From Octopus vulgaris (Eukaryota), in the NCBI GenBank assembly GCA_951406725.2, contig OX597821.1:109244001-109308000 (forward strand): a DNA stretch of 64,000 nucleotides, given 5' to 3'. The position numbers were made by a program, and so were the translations under genes. The notes beneath the pieces were generated by a model that searched no databases, had not been told where the DNA came from, and saw only the letters and a list, made by a program, of their open reading frames with translations. This document shows positions 58,131 to 64,000 of this stretch, in pieces (positions within the stretch are counted from its first letter, which is position 1; each line of letters begins with the position of its first letter).

Positions 58131-58299
58131 ACGGGTTTTTGTCAGTGCCCGTCAACCAAATCCACTCACAAGGCTTTGGGCGGCCCGAGGCTATAATAGA
58201 AAACACTTACCCAAGGTGCCACGTTGTGGAACTGAACCCGGGACATTGTGGTTCGGAAGCAAGCTTCTTACAACAGAGCCACGCTTGCTCTTATATATA

Positions 58300-58395
<96 letters not shown>

Positions 58396-58899
58396 GCATA
58401 TACATATATATATATTCATAGATAGATACATAGATTAGTATGCGTATATAAATATACGCACGCGCAAATAAACACGTGTATGTCTATTTATACGTAAACA
58501 CCGATATATGTCAATACATATGTGTATGTGTGTGCGTGTGTATGCGTGTGTGTGTGTGTGTGCGTGTGTGTGTGTGTGTATACTGTTATAACAAAACAAA
58601 ATGTCATAAAGAATTTAGGCACCAGAAGGTATGTAATCAGAAGAAAAAAACGAAAGGGAGAGATAAAAGAGAGCAGAGAGAGAGAGGGAGAGACAGAGAG
58701 AGGGAGAAATGGTCAGAGAGAAACGGAGAGGGAGAGAGCAGGAGAGATAGTTGTCAGTATGACAGATTATGGTAGATTTTTATTGACATAAGAAAGTCAA
58801 ACAACATCAAAAAATCTGGTGAGTGAAATATGTTTATAAAGACACCACCACGACGACGGCCGCTGTGAGAGTCCATCATTGACACTGCTACTATGACAA

Positions 58900-59690
58900 T
58901 TGCCATCACCATCGCCATCAGCAGCAGCGACACCACCGCCATTACCATTTTCACTATTAAGACCGTCACCACCGCTACCATCACCAACACCACTTAACAC
59001 CACCACTACTACCACCACAACCACCACAATCACCACAATCACCACCACCATCACAGACATCGTCATCTTCGCCACCATCTTCTTAACCGTCACCACCGCC
59101 ACTAACATCACCGCCACCACTAACATCACCGCCAACATCACCATCACCACCACCACCACTATCACCACCACCACCACCGCTACTGACATCACCACCAAAG
59201 CCAACACCACCACCTTCACCATCATCAGTGCCACTACCACCACCGGCACCATCACCACCACCATCACCACCACCATTACCGCCACCACCAACACTGTCAC
59301 CATCATAACCGCCACCACCACCACCACCGCTACTACCATCACCGCCACTACCATCACCGCCACCATTATCACCGCCACCACCATTATCACCACCACCGCC
59401 ACGAACATCACCACTACCTTCACAACCATCACTGCCACTACCACCACTGCCACTACCATGACCAACACCGTCACCATCACCACCCCCGTCACCATCACTG
59501 CCGCTGCCACCATCAACGCTACCACTATCACCGCCGCCACCATGACCACCACCACTATCACCACCACCACCACCATGACAGTAAATAGCGCAGAATGGAC
59601 TGCATCAGCATCATCAACAACACCAACAGCAACAACAACAATAGCAACAACAACAACAACAACAACAACAACAGCAACATCGATAACATT
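58900..59690. repeat. Degenerate (ACC/ATC/GCC)n and (AAC)n trinucleotide array
   Basis: Directly visible low-complexity tract. Confidence 0.9.
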
Positions 59691-59969
59691 GTATGGAATT
59701 CTGTCGTTTCATAGTTGACCGATGACTAACAGAGTGTCAAAGATTCCAGGAGTGGAAACATCAAATATTTTGGTCTTAATAGATACAAACTGTGCATTGG
59801 TAAACATACAGCTATATGCAAACACACACACACACACATGCGCACGCACTCACACACACGCACACACACACACACACGCATGCAAACAGGCAGACAGGCA
59901 TAAAAGCAGTCACACATACACACACAAGCCAGAATTCCGTATATGAGAAATAATGTATGTAGACATGCA

Positions 59970-60373
59970 TATTTACTTTTCTACTCTTGGCACAAGGCCC
60001 GAAATTTGGGGGAGGGGGACAGTCGATTAGATCGACCCCAATACCCAACTGGTACTTAATTTATCGACTCCGAAAGGATGACAGGCAAAGTCGGCCTCGG
60101 TGGAATTTAAACTTAAAATATAAAGACAGACGAAATACCTATTTCTTTACTACCCACAAGGGGCTAAACACAGAGAGGACAAACAAGGACAGACAAACGG
60201 ATTAAGTCGATTATATCGACCCCAGTGCGTAACTGATACTTAACTTATCGACCCCGAAAGGATAAAAGGCAAAGTCGACTTCGGCGGAATTTGAACTCAG
60301 AACGTAGCGGCAGACGAAATACGGCTACGCATTTCGCCCGGCGTGCTAACGTTTCTGCCAGCTCGCCGCCTTA
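59970..60373 (-). mobile_element. SINE family A dimer (head + Meta-like + tail 1, then headless Meta-like + tail 2)
   Basis: Junction AAAGAAATAG|GTATTTCGTC at ~60135; distal tail GGGCCTTGTGCCAAGAGTAGAAA. Confidence 0.85.
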
Positions 60374-60486
60374 GGCATATACATATATAGCCACAAATCG
60401 CACCAACACACATATACAGTAATCCCTCGACTATCGCATGTCTTACACTCCAAAACCCCACGCAATAGGTGAACATCCGCGAAGTA

Positions 60487-61141
60487 TTGGGTTGTCCTGA
60501 AAGTTCTTGCCGATTTTTAAAGGAAAGGAAAAGGTCAATAAATAATTGCCATTACATTTTTAATCAACCATATATGAATCATGTTGTTGCACAATGCGTC
60601 TCCATCTTTCCTTTAACTTGTAAATACCCACTTCCCAGAATTGAGGAAATTTTAGGGCAAAGAATTCATCAAGGTATCTTTTTATGTCATCCAAGGAATT
60701 GAAATTTTTACCATTAAGACTATTCTACAAGACCTGAATAAGTGGAAATCCGAAGGAGCAATATCTGGTGAATATGGAGGGTGGGGTTACACATCCCAGC
60801 CGAGCTGCAGCAATTTTTATCTGGTTCCCAAAGAAACGTGCGGTCTTGCATTATCATATTGGAAAACAACACCCTTCCTGTTGGCCAATTCTTGATGTTT
60901 CTTTTGAATTGCTGCTTTTAACTCGTCCAGTTGTGTGCAGTATTCCTCAGAATTAATTGTCTGCTTACTTGGGAGAAGGTCGTAAAACAGAATTCCTTTC
61001 CAATCCCACCAGACACAAAGCAAAACTTTTTTAGGTTGAAGACCCGCTTTTGAGGTAGCTAAGGGTGGCTCATGTCGCTTACTCCCGGATCGCTTTCTCT
61101 GAACATTTCGGTAGATAATACATTTCTCATTACCTGTCACA
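60487..61141 (-). mobile_element. Mariner transposon, 3' fragment (DD34D-type catalytic region), at a TA next to a Tigger-like MITE
   Basis: TGNEKCIIY..KKVLLCVWWDWKG..YDNARPH and HPPYSPDIAPSDFHLFRS; TA|TTGGGTTGTCCTGAAAGTTCTTGCCGATTTTT terminus. Confidence 0.9.
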
Positions 61142-61431
61142 TAGCCCAGGGCTATGGTAGGTTACGTTTCCCTATAATGTTGTGCAGTGGGACAGAAACC
61201 CAAGCCATATAGTTACGAAGCAACTACCTTAAACCTCACGTCCATGTACATAAACACATACAATGGGGGAGAGACAGACAGACAGAAACGGAGAGTAGGG
61301 TGAGATAGACGGAGCAAAGGGAAAGTGATCTAGTCACGTGTGTATAAAAATATGAAAGACACGCACAAAAACATAACATACTTATAAGAACACACAGAAA
61401 CGCATACATACACCTATGCACACAGAGTGCA

Positions 61432-61465
<34 letters not shown>

Positions 61466-61591
61466 AACACACACAAGATCAATCGCCCCCACTAAAGACA
61501 CACAACTAAAAGCACATACAATGAGAAATACGAATGCAGACAAAGAGACATAGAGACACAAAGTAGGAACAATCTTATACACACACACTCA

Positions 61592-61905
61592 TCGTGGCAC
61601 TCCGTCAGTTGCGACGACGAGGGTTCCAGCTGATCCGATCAACGGAACAGCCTGCTCGTGAAATTGACGTGTAAGTGACTGAGCACTTCGCAGACACGTG
61701 TGCCCTTAACGTAGTTCTCGGAGAGATTCAGCGTCGTGACACAGAGTGTGACAAGGCTGCCCCTCTTTGAAAATACAGGTACAACAGAAACGGGAAGAAA
61801 GAGTGAGAGAAAGTTGTAATGAAGGATTACAGCAGGGTTCGCCACCACCCGCTCGTGGAGCTTCAGGAGCCTCGTGCTCTAACCACAAGGCCATTACGCC
61901 TCTTT
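61592..61905 (-). mobile_element. SINE family C with internal deletion
   Basis: Homologous to 2188-2575. Confidence 0.85.
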
Positions 61906-62554
61906 TCATATACACTCATACGAACACACAACCACGGCCATTTTATGGAACTTATACAAGCAGATAAGTACACTCGCACGCGCGCACACACTCATTAACG
62001 TATATTGGTTTGAAAGTTTAGCACAGGGCCAACAAATTCGAGTGTGGAAGCTGGTCGATTACATCAACCCCAGTATATCACTGGTACTTAATTCTTTCTA
62101 TAATAGGCTCAAGGCCGGAAGGTTTGGAGGACGGGACAAGTCGACTACATTGACCCCGCAGAATTTCACTGGTACTTGATTCATCGACCCCGAAAGGATG
62201 AAAAGCAAAGGTGACGTCAGCGGAATTTGAACTCGGATGAAATACTGCCAAGCATTTTGTCCGGCGTGTTAACAATTCTACTTCCTCGCCCCCTTACGCA
62301 CATATTGACATATTGTTTTATTCTTTTATTCTGTTTCTTTGACAGCGGCCACGCTGGAGCACCGCCGTAAAGGGTTTTAGTCCAACAACTCGACCCCGAC
62401 CCCAAGGCTTACTTTCTTAAACCTAGTACTTATTCTATCGCACCAACACCCGTTATCAAGCAGTGAAGGGTGGACAAAAACACAGAGTAAGAAAAAAAAC
62501 TCACGCAAAATAAGTAATGCATACACACCATTTTAGATGCATAGGCTGGAGCGA

Positions 62555-63200
62555 AAACATACACACACACACACACATACACACACACTCACACACACAC
62601 ATTCGCATGCACACAGGCACACAGACATACACATAAGCACACACATTCACGTGCACACAGATACACTGACAACCACACACATACATTCACATGCACACAG
62701 ACACACACACACATTCACATGCATACAGATACACACATGCACACACATGCACACACATGCACGCACACACACGTTCACATGCACATAGACACACACACAC
62801 ACATTCACATGCACACAACACACACACACATTCACATGCACACAGACACACACACACATTCACATGCACACAGACACACACACACATTCATATGCACATA
62901 CACACACTGACAAACACACACACATTCACATGCACACAGACACGCTGACAAACACACACACACATTCACATGCACACAACACACACACACATTCACATGC
63001 ACATAGCTACACTGACAAACACACACACACACACACACACACTTGCACACACACACACACATACACACACATTCACATGCTCACAGGTACACACACATTC
63101 AAACACAGACACAGACACACACATTCACATGCTCACAGATACACACACACATTCAAACACAGACACAGACACACACACACACACACATGCGCGCGCATAC
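62555..63200. repeat. CA-rich minisatellite (unit ~ CACACACATTCACATGCACACAGA)
   Basis: More than 15 imperfect units visible. Confidence 0.85.
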
Positions 63201-63446
63201 AAGCATCTATGCCGACATACTGAAGACATAAACCACAAGATACTAGAGTAACCCATTGACATTTTGATGGTGCATAAAATTCACATCGTCTTTTGCGATG
63301 TGGCAAATTCTGACAGTCGACATATTTGTGTGGTGCAAGTTCTTTGCTATCACGAGATTTACAGCTGCAGAGTTATGGGCAAACAAATATACGGAGAGTA
63401 TGCGCAAATGCACGCGCATATACACAAATAGATGTGAAAAAAATAT

Positions 63447-63509
<63 letters not shown>

Positions 63510-63514
63510 CATAC

Positions 63515-63584
<70 letters not shown>

Positions 63585-63586
<2 letters not shown>

Positions 63587-64000
63587 GAGTGTAGTGAATA
63601 AACTGTCGTCTACATTACACAAAAATGAAAATAACACTGACATCCCATTTTAACAGACATATTTACCAAAATTACATAAAAATATCATGAAATACTAAAG
63701 AGTAAATTTACTCAATAAAATCGCCGTTGGCTTCAACCACGGCCTCCAGACGACTCCCTAATATCCTGCAACTTTTCTAGATGGTATCCTTGTTTAAGTT
63801 GCTGAATGCTGCAATAATCGTTGCCTTCAGTTCATCTTTGGTGTTACAAAGAGTTTTGTTGGTCTCTCACTCAACTCCAGCCCACACATAATAATCAAAG
63901 GGGTTGAAGTCTGGGGAGTTAGGTGGCCAGATGTTAGGTGTGATGGGGTCGTAGAAATTGTCTGACAGCAATGACTGGGTTCTCCTGCTTGTGTGGCATG
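63585..64000 (-). mobile_element. DD37D (maT-type) transposon 3' end, runs off the window
   Basis: Reverse complement homologous to 31800-32198 (HATQAGEP.., WPPNSPDFNPFDYYVW); TA|CAG terminus. Confidence 0.85.

Noticed and set aside
58900-59718. 272-aa Thr-rich ORF resembling a mucin
   Set aside because: It lies entirely within a degenerate ACC/ATC trinucleotide tract that is also open on the opposite strand; no signal peptide, domain or splice support.

Overview
This is AT-rich eukaryotic non-coding DNA saturated with repeats. The three tRNA-derived SINE families, the long (TA)n/(CA)n/(ATAC)n/(TAA)n/(ATC)n tracts and the LINE and DNA-transposon mix suggest an octopus (coleoid cephalopod) intron or intergenic region; that assignment is inferred from repeat content. 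I can support no host protein-coding exon, and almost all listed ORFs are microsatellite or SINE translations. The only substantial intact ORF is a 5'-truncated Penelope-like retroelement (PLE) at 5969-8296 on the minus strand (RT + Cys linker + GIY-YIG). It is embedded in (TA)n, and its 3' region carries a minimal type I hammerhead ribozyme motif with a U4C variant core. A separate ~200-bp non-coding family occurs six times, with its 3' end usually at a TA-rich repeat, and carries a minimal hammerhead with variant cores. Other elements are CR1, Tx1/L1, RTE and (TAA)n-embedded (Dong/R4-like) LINE fragments, mariner, DD37D/maT and Tc1-like transposon remnants, and MITEs. The most interesting signals are: the hammerhead/PLE system; SINE tails that match LINE-like 3' ends in the same window; a composite two-tailed SINE; recurrent inverted duplications at (TA)n; and a few unique islands with enhancer-like motifs. 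Repeat coordinates were read by eye and are approximate.
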